This document shows, piece by piece, positions 1 through 12,700 of a stretch of DNA of 64,000 bases; positions within the stretch are counted from its first letter, which is position 1, and each line of letters begins with the position of its first letter. This DNA comes from Basidiobolus meristosporus CBS 931.73 (lineage: Eukaryota > Fungi > Basidiobolomycota). The stretch spans positions 1 to 64,000 of the forward strand of contig MCFE01000022.1 of NCBI GenBank assembly GCA_002104905.1. Reading direction: 5' to 3'. The translations under genes and the position numbers were made by a program. Under the pieces are notes generated by a model. The model ran no database searches, was not told the origin of the DNA, and worked only from the letters and a program-made list of their open reading frames with translations.

Positions 1-184
1 TAAAGGCTCTGATTGGCTGAAATCCTTGAAATGCTAATTGGCCAGATTTGCCTAGTAAATTTGGCCAGTGATCGCCCAGAAATTCATCGCAGTTCCCCCA
101 GTCTACTGGCTATTCCAGCCACAATTCAGCTACCGCAAACCAGTATAACTTAGCTCAGATATATTCAGATTCTCACTTCCCAGG

Positions 185-303
185 CCTGGCTTTCCAGGAA
201 ACCTCTCTCAGACCTAGCTAACTAGGAAATATAGTACCAATCAGCTTCTCAACTCTTAGACCTGGCTTACCAGGAAGATATCTCTCAGACCTAGCTTTCT
301 AGG
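185..303. repeat. Array of four 14-bp imperfect palindromes (CCTRG-N4-CYAGG) in a two-copy ~77-bp degenerate duplication
   Basis: cctggctttccagg 185-198, cctagctaactagg 213-226, cctggcttaccagg 261-274, cctagctttctagg 290-303. ctctcagacctagct recurs at 205-219 and 282-296. Confidence 0.8.
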
Positions 304-390
304 AATAACTTCAGATTAACTTGGCTTCTTTAGATACTTGTCATAAGTAAATAAAGATTTCACCACTTGGTGACTTTCCTCCCCCCTAAA

Positions 391-730
391 TTAGTAAGTG
401 CCAAGAGACTGGATTATTGAAATCAACTGGGGTGTTGATAGGTGCATAAGATAATGAAAATTACATCATCAATCAGCTAATGTCTTGGCAATTGCTAAGT
501 GGTTAGGTATATCTCAGATGACTTATCACCTGGAAAGGCTTGGCAGATCAGTTGAAGATGGAATAACCATACAAAAACTGATCAGGTGTGTCAGTTAAAA
601 ATTGATTCTGAGATGGGACAAAATAGACTATAACTGGGATTAGTTATGTTTGGGTTAGGGAAAATCAGTTAGGGGACTAGATTTTCAAGTGGAGTAAAAT
701 TGGCTAAGTTTTAAATGTTGATGCACAGCA
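391..730 (-). mobile_element. Truncated LTR-like dispersed repeat (family B), inverted copy of 19892-20235
   Basis: The reverse complement of 391-730 aligns along its length with 19892-20235 (e.g. gcatcaacatttaaaacttagccaattttactcc; ccaagcctt(t/c)ccaggtgat(a/t)agtcatctgagat). It begins TGCTG versus TGTTG in the other copy. The region is free of CpG. Confidence 0.8.
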
Positions 731-1175
731 AGTTCTATGTAATTTAGTACAATACTACCTCAGAAACAAAGTTTCTGCCAAATCATTTACTTGGCAGATT
801 CAAACAAATAGTTGGCTTTTCTACTTTTTACCTTTAGCCATGTATACTTGGCACAATAAACATATTGCCATAATGATGACTTTCCTAACCCCTGACCAAT
901 TTGGAGTTCTTCCCTTCCCCCTAACCCATTGGTACTTGCCACTCCCCCTACCCTACCCTAAATTAGATATTTCTTGTAAAAGGGCCGCAGCAAGTCAACC
1001 CCCAAATTGGATATCAGATCTTAATGTACTTTGATCTCTAATAAGTCCAGCTGCCCTGATTGGGTTGGGGCTAAATCCGTTTTTAGCTCGATCCCTGAGA
1101 TTGATTGCTTGACGCAAGGTAACATATTATTAAACCGATGATTAATATGCGTATTAGAAGATTTGGGGGAAAGTC

Positions 1176-2560
1176 CTAATCAATATACCAATCCAAATGA
1201 AATGGGTGTAACAGATCCCAGTAATCTGGAATTTTAAGCAAATTTTTAACATTATCCCGAAATACCGTTATAGCAAGGGTATATAGCATTCGTAACAGTT
1301 TATTCAATTTTTGCCGGAAGAGCCTTGAATATCGCTTACAAATAGGCCAACTAGTGTCCTTGAATGCTATTCGGTGGTCAGTTGCCATAATATCACCCAA
1401 TAAGCACGTGGACCTGCTGGTGGAGGAAACCATAGTAGTATTATCACGGCAGTTATGGAAATTACCCTTGTTCTGGGTAAAAATCGAGAGCAGCAGCCTA
1501 TTTTAATATAAAGCTAGACCATTTTTTGGAGGCAGTCGTAACTGTCGGGTCCCAAAGATTAGCCCAACGTAGCATTCCGTACGTTTCCAGTAAGAAACAT
1601 AGTTAGTATTCTATTGGAAATGCAATCCAAGTCTATCGTTTGTAGGCATATTGTTAGTGCGAACCATCACCCTCGTAAGAAACCTTTGGGGCATTCAATA
1701 AATTTATAGATAGACCGTTTCTGGAAGCACGAAGATGCGTACAGCATCGCTCGTGTAGGAAGCATCTGAAGCGTTCCATTCGAAACGTGTGGCAAGCTCA
1801 TTATCTGAAGTTAATTAAGTAAGGCTACTATGCAATCAAAACGTTTTGCATCATTTTCCTCGTACAATAACAGTATCCTGAACATCCCGGCTGAGAACTT
1901 TGATAGAAGTGCCTAGCCTGGAGAATACGCATAGAACTTCAGTGCTCATGCAAGGTCTACAGTAGAATCTTCTTAACTGCCCTGTATTTGCGATCAGGGC
2001 TATCGAAATTGTTTTCGGCCGCTTTCGTAAACTGTGTCCCCCCACCATTTATGGGAAGGCACGTAGCAAAGGTAGTGATGGATCTGTTCATTGTTGAACT
2101 TCGAGTAAATAAGGTTCATGGCCCAGGCGCAGAAAGTCAGCGACATTCGGCATCACACCTAGGATTGGAATATCTGGACAGTCACTTCATGGCAAGCACC
2201 AATTGGTGTTTAGTTGGCAACACTTGGTTGTTGACGATCTGAAGCCTCACTTATCTCCCAACCATAAATCTACTTTTTATTTGTCCAATCACAGTTTGGC
2301 ATAATTGGGCTTCCGAAGTCAGGGAATCCAGATTGCTGGAACCCTTTATCACCCCGAAAAGCATGCTGCTGTATTTGTAGTAGACAGCGCAGTCATGCTA
2401 CCTCGCACCATCCAAAACAGAGTGTACAGCTTGTGCTCAGCAATACCACTTCACAATAGAATATGTCTTCAGTGGCATGGGAAAGCTGCCACAGTTGGCA
2501 TCCTTCAGCTATTTGCTATTGGTTGGTTAGTTGTTCGAGCAGACACTGACGCAAAGTAGC
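1176..2560 (-). pseudogene. Possible fragmentary or decayed multi-exon gene, product unknown
   Basis: Several short minus-strand peptide-like stretches (MSLTFCAWAMNLIYSKFNNEQIHHYLCYVPSHKWWGTQF; DNELATRFEWNASDASYTSDAVRIFVLPET) sit next to CTAAC...YAG intron-like signals. I could not build a stop-free model. Confidence 0.2.
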
Positions 2561-3293
2561 TGAGCTCGAGCGCTATTCGAAAGCCCAAGATGCAAAAGGA
2601 TATCAGATATAGTTCTTTACGGCGTGCTGAAGAATGCCAACTGAGATGCTTTTAAGCTACGTATGTATGCTAACTATAAATCAACCCCAAACAACTATAC
2701 AAACAGAGTATCTGCTTACTAAGCGCACAACACACTGTCCAGCAGATCTTCATATTTTGCAGCATGGTTAGTACCCATCACTCTATATGGGCTTTATATC
2801 ATTTTCTTGGTTCCTAACTGATTTTCCCACTAGCCTACCTAACCTAATCACATATTTTTAAATCAATTAGAAGTTGTCCCAGAGGCTACTGGCTTCTTAA
2901 TTTTGGATATAACCTATTACTAATTGAATATATTGATTTTGGAAAATATGATTTACTTCGCAATGACCGCCTACTTAATGTGGTCGACTGTTTCCATATC
3001 TAGTTCAATTTGCTTCTACCCACATTACCGAATCCATCACCATTTCATGTACAGGATGCCGAGATGGTGCGGTCGCAAGCACAGGGCATAGGCTCCGAGA
3101 ATGACACGGTAACCGGTACAAGGCGTAGACTCCGGACGGCTTATCACGCTAAATATGTGTAAATATATATACTGATTTGAATTGTAACCTTCCAATGGAA
3201 CGCGCCATATTGGGACTGAGCAAAGGCTCACAAAATTAAACCAGCCACGAAGTGCCGAGCGTATGCATCCATAATAAATTTATACCTCAAATC

Positions 3294-3396
3294 AGGCGAA
3301 GCTCTTCTTGATGGCCAATATCCATAGGCGAAGCTCTTCTTGATGGCCAATATCCATAGGCGAAGCTCTTCTTGATAGCCAATATCCATAGGCGAA
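3294..3396. repeat. 32-bp tandem repeat x3 plus a partial copy, upstream of the giant secreted gene
   Basis: Unit aggcgaagctcttcttgat(g/a)gccaatatccat, directly abutting with no spacers. Each unit has a CCAAT. It ends 360 bp before the ATG at 3756. Confidence 0.9.
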
Positions 3397-3703
3397 TTGC
3401 TCGGCCAACTACCTGAATTACAATACGATGGATGAAGGAAATTCGCGGTTAGGGCAAACTAATCACCCACAATAAAGGTATATCTTGGGGTGTTGGTTAC
3501 CACAATTGCTTGTGTAGCTACCCCGGTGTTGGCTACAGGATTTTGTGGAAAATGAGTTTGCATTGAATTGCCCATAGATAGCGTGAAAGTTTTACCCTCA
3601 AATCCTCCAAACCGAGGCTGTTGGGAAGCTCTAACAAAAAACCATCTCCCGCTGGAATTGCACGAGGTACAAAATGGAAAGTTCTTCATACCACGTGAAG
3701 GGA

Positions 3704-3712
3704 GTATATATG
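3704..3712 (+). promoter_or_regulatory. TATA-like box of the giant secreted gene
   Basis: gtatatatg about 45 nt upstream of ATG 3756. Confidence 0.45.
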
Positions 3713-3755
3713 GGCCTCAATAAGCTACATCATATACCGAGCTTATGTTGAGAAA

Positions 3756-6700
3756 ATGTTGCTCAATGTATTATTCATACTACTTTTAATAGCAAATCAG
3801 CTTGGCTTTACCTATCCCGCTCAAGTTACCCCCACCGTCAGTACTCTTGAAGTTGGTAGTATAATCAATAGTGATTATTTTACTAAACAAAACTCCCTTC
3901 GGCCAGTTGCCACATTAGCTGGAAGCTGTAATAGCAACAAGGTGACATGCCACTCAGAGGATGAAGTCAAGAAGTGTATACACGGAAAGTGGGTTATTGA
4001 AAAATGTCCATTTAAAAATGGCCAATACAAATGCTACGATTCGGATGGAGAAAAAGCGTACTGCAATTTACAATGGGCTGTCAAACACTACAGCACAGGA
4101 AAAACGACCGCGACAGTTACCGAAACTATTTTCAGCACGAAAAAAAGTGTCCGCACATACACAAAGTCCTGCAACGCAGGTGTATTTCAAAGTCAGTGTT
4201 TCAATAATAACCATGGCTTTATAGAGTGTGAAAACGGCATCGTGGTATATATCGCGTGCGATGCAGGGTGGTCGTGCACAACCGAAGGCGGAATCGGCTG
4301 TATGAACAATGTACCTCTGCCTAGTATCACCGGAGGCTCGGGTCCCTGCCAGCCTTATTCAATGAGCTGTGATTCAACGAATCCCAACATCTACACCTAC
4401 TGTGTCGATGGTGAAATGGTGGATTTTAATTGTCCGCGTGGACAGTTATGTGACCCTTTCTCTGTCACATCGAACTGCACAGCGCCACAGACGGCTTCGT
4501 CTTCGATTTCTTATCAACCGCTGGTATACACCACAACCCAAGAAACGAAGGTGGCTGTCTCCACAAAAGAGGTCAAGGTGACAAAGATCAATGAATGTTC
4601 AACAAACATAGAATGTGTCGATCCATTTCTTACAGGAGAACAACGAAAGTGCGTCAATGGCAGATTTGAAACAACTTGGTGTGCACACGGTGCAGTTTGT
4701 ATGGATTACTATGGATGGAATTACGACTGGAATATTCGCCAATGGGAAAGTGTCATCAAAACCGTTCAATGCCAATTATTCGTGGAAAGCAATGAAATTC
4801 CTAGTCCGAAACAAATATCGGCCACCTCTACAAGTAAATCCAGCAACTGTATCAGTGAATGCATAAACGGAATGATGAAGATATGTTACAATGGTGTAAC
4901 AACCATGAATGAGTGTGGTCATGGATATACCTGTCAAATGCAGGGAACTCAACCTATATGCGTTCCTCCACAGCCTTCACCGGTCATGCCAAATACAAAG
5001 GTAATTATTTCATCAACTTGCTTTAGTATACATCGATGTTAACATTGCATCCGATACAGAGAACGGAGAAGCCTCATCCCAGTGGCCATCACCACTCAGA
5101 GTCCAATAATTCCAGTCAGCATGACAGGAGTGATTCGAATGAAATAAGGAAGTCGATAGCTCCACAAACACCATCAACATTCATATCAGTAACCAGCTCT
5201 AGATCCAAACCAACAAAGGCACAAAAGAGTAAGTCCACTGATATCGTGTGCATTCCTGGCTGCGAAGATGAAAACGTGCCTCCATCGATCATTAAATGTG
5301 AAAATGGAATCCAGAAAAAATCAGCTTGCGGAGACGGATTCGTGTGTGCGATAGTAAATGGAGTACCATCCTGTAAGCAATTAAAACCGACACAATCACC
5401 ACCTCCACCATCACCAGCAGAATCCCTAAATAGGAAGACAAGCAAAGAACAACGCAGCCAAGCAGAAAAGCCTCATCAAAGTATAATGCCTAAAGTCAAA
5501 TGTGCTCCAGGCTGCGAAGCTGAAGGCGTATCTCCAGTGATAATTAAATGTAAAGATGGAAAACAGCAGAAATCCTCTTGCCAGGACGGATACATGTGCG
5601 CAATGGTGAATGGAATACCATCTTGTGAGCTTCCTATACCAACATTTTTTCCACCTCAACCATCCGGAACTTCAAGTGAGAAATCTAAAGAAACTGCAAA
5701 AATTACATCCAGTACACATCACGAGAAGTCTAAGCAATCTGTGAAGCCGAATTCCAGCAAGCCCCATGAAAGTTCTACAACAACCGAGAAGAACACTTCC
5801 AACGCACACCCTAAAACGTCACACAAAACTGATGAACATACTTCCGGTACGAATCATGAAAGGTCAAAGAAACTTGTGAAGCCTACGACCAGCGAGCGTC
5901 ATGAGAAGTCTACAGTAAGTGAGAAGCATACTTCCAGCGCGCATTATGAAATGCCACAGGGAGCTGAGAACCATACTTCAAGAGCGTATCAGGAGAAGTC
6001 AAGGAAACCTTTTAAGCTTGCATCAAGTGAGCTCTATAAAAAGTCTACAGCAACTGAGAAGCACACTTCTATCGCACATCATGAGAAGTCACGGGTAACC
6101 GCTAAGCATACTTCCAGTACTCATCATGAAAAGCCAAAGGAACCTATGAAGCCTACTCCAAGTGAAGCTCAGGAAAGGTCTACAGCAACTGAGAAGCACA
6201 CTCCCAGCGTACTTCATGTGGAGTCATTGGATACTGAGATGTACACTTCCAGTACACATCGTCAGAAGTCAAAGAAGCCTGTGAAGCCTGCGTCCAGCGA
6301 GCCTCATGAGAATTCAACAGCAAACAAGAAGCGTACTTCCAGTGCACATCATGAGAAGCCAAAGGAACAGGTACAGCCTACCTCCAGTAAAGCTCAGGAA
6401 AGGTTCACAGCAACTGAGAAGCACACTTCCAGCGCACTTGATAGGAAGTCATTGGATACTGAAATGCATACTACCAGTAAACATCGTGAGAAGTCAAAGA
6501 AGCTGGTGAAGTCTACTACAAGCGAAGCTCGGGAAAGGTCTACAGTAACTGAAAAACGCACTTATAGCGTACATCATGAGAAGTCACAGGGAACCGCGAG
6601 TCATACTTCCAGTACACAGCACCCTAAATCAAAGGAACAGGTGGAGCCTACTTTTAGCAAAGCTCAAGAAAAGTCCACAACAACTAAGAAACTCAGTCCA

Positions 6701-9700
6701 AGTGCACTTCATGAAAAGTCATTGGATACTGAGATGCATACTTCCAGTACACATCGTGAGATGTCAAAGGAACCTATAAAGCATACGTCCAGAGAGCCTC
6801 GTGAGAATTCAACAGCAATCAACAAGCGTACTTCCAGTACATCTGGTCAGAAATCACAGGCAACTGAAAGACGTAGTTCCAGCACAAATTATGAGAAGTC
6901 AAAGGAACCTGTGAAGCCTGATTCTAGCGAAGCTCAGGAAAAGTCCAAAGCAGCAGAGAAGCACACTTTTAGTGCACTTCATAGGAAGTCATTGAATACT
7001 GAGATGTATACTTCTAGCACACATAATGAGAAGTCCAAGGAGCCTGTGAGGCCTACTTCAAGCGAAGCTCAGGAAAAGTCGACAGCAAGTGAGAAGCACA
7101 CTTCCAGGGCACATCATGAGAGGTCATTGGATACTGAGATGCATACTTCCAGTACACATCGTGAGAAGTCAAAGGTACCTGTAAAGCCTACGTCCAGCGA
7201 GCCTCATGAGAATTCAACAGCAAACAACAAGCGTACTTCCAGTACAACCCATCCGAAGTCACAGGGAATTAAGAGACGCACTTCCAGCACACATTATGAG
7301 GAGTCAAAGGAACCTGTGAAGCCTACTTCAAGCGAAGCTCAGGAAGGTTTGACAGCAAGTGAGAAGCACACTTCCAGCGCACATCACGAGAAGTCAAAGG
7401 AACCTGTAAAGCATACGTCCAGCGAGCCTCATGTGAATTCATCAGCAAACAACAAGCGTACTTCCAGTACATCTCATCAGAAGTCACAGGGAACTAAGAG
7501 ACGTACTTCCAGCACACATTATGAGAAGTCAAAAGAACCTGTGAATCCTACTACAAGCGAAGTCCAAGAAAAGCCCACAACTACTGAGAACCACATTTCC
7601 ACCATACTTCATGAGAAGTCGCAGGAAACTAAGATGCATACTTCCAGTACACATCGTGAGAAGTCAAAGAAGACCTGTGAATCCTACTACAAGCGACGCT
7701 CATCAAAAATCGACAGCAACTGAGAAACACACCCCTATCGCACATCGTGAGAAGTCACCAGAAACCGCGAAGCATACTTCCAGCATACATCGTAAGGAGT
7801 CAAGGGAACCTGTGAAGCCTACTTCAAGCGAAGCTCAGGAGAAGTCGACAGCAAGTGAGAAGCACGCTTCCAGTGTACATCACAAGAAGTCAAAGGAATC
7901 TGCAAAGTCCACTTCAAGCGGCCTCATGAGAATTCATCAGCAACAACAAGCGTGCTTCCAGTACATCTCGTCAGAAGTCGCAGGGAACTAAGAGACGTAC
8001 TTCCAGTACACATTATGTGAAGTCAAAGAACCCGTGAAGCCTACTTCAAGCGAAGCTCAGGAGAAGTCGACAGCAAGTGAGAAACACACCTCTATCGCAC
8101 ATCGTGACAAGTCACAGGAACCCGCGAAGCATACTTCCAGCACACATCATGAGGAGTCGAAGGAACCTGTGAAGCCTACTTCAAGCGAAGCTCAGGAAAA
8201 GTCGACAACAAGTGAGAAGTATACTTCCAGCGCACATCACAGGAAGTCAAAGGAACCTGCAAAGCCCACTTCAAGCAAGCCTCATGTGAATTCATCAGCA
8301 AACAACAAGCGTGCTTCCGGTCCATCTCGTCAGAAGTCACAGAGAACTGAGAGACATACTTCCAGCACACATTATGAGAAGTCAAAGAAACCCGTGAAGC
8401 CTACTTCAAGCGAAGCTCAGGAGAAGTCGACAGCAAGTGAGAAGCACACTTCCAGCGCACATCACGAGAGATCATTGGATACTGAGATGCATACATCCAG
8501 TACACATCGTGAGAAGTCAAAAGCTCCTTTAAAGCATACGCCCAGCGAGCCTCATGAGAATTCAACCGCAAATATCCAGCGTGCTTCCAGTACATCTCGT
8601 CAGAGGTCACAGGGAACTAAGAGACGTACTTCCAACACACATAATGAGAAGTCAAAGGAATCTGTGAAGCCTGTTTCAAGCGAGCTCCATGAAAAGTCTA
8701 CAGCCACTGAGAAGCTCACTTCTGGCGCACATCAAGAGAAGTCGCGGGTAACCGCGAAGCATACTTCCAGTACACATTATGAGAAGTCAAAGGAACCTGT
8801 GAATCCTACTACAAGCGAAGTCCAAGAAAAGCCCACAGCTACTGAGAACCACATTTCCACCATACTTCGTGAGAAGTCGCAGGAAACTAAGATGCATACT
8901 TCCAGTACACATCGTGAGAAGTCAAAGGAGCCTGTGAAGCCTATGTCCAGCGAGCATCATCGAGAATTCAACAGTAAACAAGAAGCGTACTTCCAACACA
9001 TATCATGGTAAGTCACAGGGATCTGAGAAACGTACCTCTATCACATACCATGAGAAGTCAAAAGAACCTATGAATCCTGCTTCAAGTGAAGCTCAGGAAA
9101 GGTCTGCAGCAACTAAGAAGCACGCTTCCGGCACACCACATGAAAAGTCATTGGAAACTGAGATGCATACTTCCAGCACACATCATGAGAAGTCAAAGAA
9201 GACTTTGAAGCCTACTTCAAGCGACGCTCATCAAAAATCGACAGCAACTGAGAAACACACCCCTATCGCACATCGTGAGAAGTCACCAGAAACCGCGAAG
9301 CATACTTCCAGCATACATCGTAAGGAGTCAAGGGAACCTGTGAAGCCTACTTCAAGCGAAGCTCAGGAAAAGTCGACAGCAAGTGAGAAGCACACTACCA
9401 GCGCACATCACGAGAAGTCACCGGAAACTAAGAAACGTACCTTCAGCACACATCATGAGAAGTCAAAGGAACCTGTGAATCCTACTACAAGCGAAGTCCA
9501 AGAAAAGCCCACAGCTACTGAGAACCACATTTCCACCATACTTCGTGAGAAGTCGCAGGAAACTAAGATGCATACTTCCAGTACACATCGTGAGAAGTCA
9601 AAGGAGCCTGTGAAGCCTATGTCCAGCGAGCATCATGAGAATTCAACATTAAACAACAAGCGTACTTTCAATACATATCATGGCAAGTCACAGGGAACTG

Positions 9701-12700
9701 AGAAACGTACCTCTAGCACATACCATGAGAAGTTGAAGGAACCTGTGAAGCCTACTTCCGGTGAAGTTCATGAAAAGTCTACAGCAACTGAGAAAAATAT
9801 TTCTAGCGTATATCATGAGAAGTCACGGGAAACCGCGAAGTATACTTTCAGTACACATTATGAGAAGTCAAAGGAACCTGTGAAGCCGACTTCCAGTGAA
9901 ATTCGGGAAAGGTCTGCAGCAACTGAGAAACACACTTCCAGCGTACTTCATGAGAAGTCGCAGGGCACTGAGAAACGTACTTCCAGCGAGCCTCAGGAGA
10001 AACCTATAGCAACTGAGAAGCATACTTCCAGTTTACATCATAAGAAGGCAAAAGAGCCTGCACAGCCTACATCCAGCGAGCTTCATAAGAGGTCTACGAT
10101 AACTGAGAAACATATTTCTGGCGCACACCATGCGAAGTCGCAGGAAACTGGGCCTGTAAAGCATACTTCCAGCGAACCTGATGAAATTTCTACAGCCACA
10201 GAGAAGCTTAATTCCAGCGTGCCCAATCGCACCGACTCTAAGCAAACCGAGAAATCTCACCCCAGCAAACCTCAGCTCCCTGAATCCCGGAAGGCGGTCA
10301 AGGTTCACTCCAGCATGCATCATAGCTCAGAGTCGAAGGAAACAGAGAACCCCAACTTCAGCCAACATCACCACCCTGAGTCCAAGGAGACTAATATATC
10401 GCATTCAAGCGGGCTTCAGCGCACTGACTCCCAGGAAACTAAAAAGCCTCACACAAGCGATCCTTATCACCCTGAGACCAAGGAGACTAAGAAGCCTCAT
10501 TCCAGCGATCACCATTACCCTGACTCTGAAAAGAGTACGTCAGCCAGTGATCATAAGAAATCAAAGGAAACAAAGAAGCCAGAACGCAGTAAGCAACATA
10601 AGAAGTCACTGAAGACTGAAAAGTCGAAGGAAACTCAGAAACATATCTTCAGTACCTATGAAGAGAAGTCGAAAGATCCTGCGAAGACTACTTTTAGGGA
10701 ACATCATGAAAAGCCTACAGCAACTGAGAAGTCTCATTCTAGCAAGTACTACGAAAGATCCCATGGCGCTGTAAAGCATACCTCCAGCAACCAGCATCAT
10801 AAATCGAAGACGACTGAGCAGCCTTATTCCAGTGAGCAGTATCACCCCAATAACAAAGAATCTGAGATGCTTCGTTCCAGCATACGTCATTACTTAGAGT
10901 CCAAGAAGGATGAGAAGCCTCACCCGAGCGACACCAACGAGACACAGAAGCCTCATTCCAGCGAGTACCGTCGCACTGGCACCAAGGAAACCGAGAAGAT
11001 TCAATCCAGCAAGTCTCACCTCCTTGAGTCCAAGAAAGCTGAGACACTTCACTCTAGCGTACATCACTACACTGACTCTAAGGATACTAAGAAGCCGCAT
11101 TCTAGCCAACATCACCACCCTGAGTCAAAGAAAACCAAGAAGCTTTATTCTAGCGAGCATCATGGCATTGACTCTAAGCAAACCGAAAAGGCACACTCCA
11201 GCGATCATTACCACTCCAAGTATAAGGAGACTAATAAGCCTCATTCACGCGAGCATCATCGTACTGGCTCCAAGCAAACTAATAAGCCTCACCCCAGCGA
11301 GCATCACTACCCTAAGACCAAAGAAGCTGAGAAGTCTCATTCCAGTGGCCATCATCACGCTGGCTCTAGGGTGACTTCGAAGTCTGATTCCATCGAGCAT
11401 CACCGCTCAGGATCCAAAAAGACTGAGAAGCCTCACTCCAGCGAGCATCATCGCACAGATTCCCGCAACGAACGTCATAAGAAATCCAAGGAATCTGAGA
11501 CGACTCATTCCAGCAAGAATCATCGCACTGACTCAAAGGGTACTTACAAACCTCATTCAATTGAGCATCATCGTACTGACTCCAAGGAAACAGGGAAGCC
11601 TCACTCAAGTGAGCATCACTCTGAGTCAAAGAAGGCTGAGAAACCTAATACTAGCGAGCATCATGGCTCTGAGTCGAAGGAGGCTGAAAAGGCTCACTCA
11701 AGTGAGTGCCGTCGCAGTGATTCTGAGGAGACTAAGAAGCCTCATACTAGTGAGTCCCATCACTCCGAGTATAAGGAAACGGGGAAGTCTCGCTCAAGTG
11801 AACACCATCACACTTTGTCTGAAAAAACCGAGATGCCTCACCCAAGTCATTATCACCGCACATCGTCTAAGGAGACGAAGAAGCCTCACTCTAGCAAGCA
11901 TCATCACAGTGAGTCTAAAGAAACCGAGAAGTCTCATTCAAGCACGCATCATAGCACAGAGTCTAAGGAAAGTTATAAGCCTCACTCAAACGAGCATCAC
12001 CGCTCTGCGTCTAACAAGACCGAGAAACCTCATACTAGCGAGCACCATGGTGCTAATTCTAAGGAAACAGGCAGGGTTACTGAACCCGTAGTCACCAATA
12101 AGCACTCTGTTACTATAGAGGCTTCGAAGGAAGTAACAATTCGGCGTGATACTTCAATGGAGGTTACCATTACCGGACCGACAGTTACAGTCACTGAGCC
12201 AACAATAACTTACAAACATTCCGTGACTGTCAAACCATCCGACGTGGTGACCATCCAACCCGAGACTTCAGTTGATGTAACAATCACTGAGCCAACGGTA
12301 ACTGTTACTGAACCTACTGTGACATATAAGCAATCCGATACTAAGGAGGATTCGAAAGAAGTAACAGTTCACCATGATACTTCAATGGAAGTTACCATTG
12401 CCGGACCAACAGTTACCATCACTGAGCCAACATTAACTTACAAACATTCCGTGACTGTTGGACCATCTGACGTGGTGACCATTCAACCCGAGACTTCAGT
12501 TGATGTAACAATCACTGAGCCAACGGTAACTGTTACTGAACCTACTGTGACGTATAAGCAATCCGATACTAAGGAGGATTCGAAAGAAGTAACAGTTCAC
12601 CATGATACTTCAATGGAAGTTACCATTGCCGGACCAACAGTTACCATCACTGAGCCAACAATAACTTACAAACATTCCGTGACTGTTAGACCATCTGACG

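Noticed and set aside
3294-3396. CRISPR-like appearance of the 32-bp repeats (also considered for the 56-bp repeats at 26499)
   Set aside because: The units abut with no unique spacers, there are no cas genes, and the context is eukaryotic.
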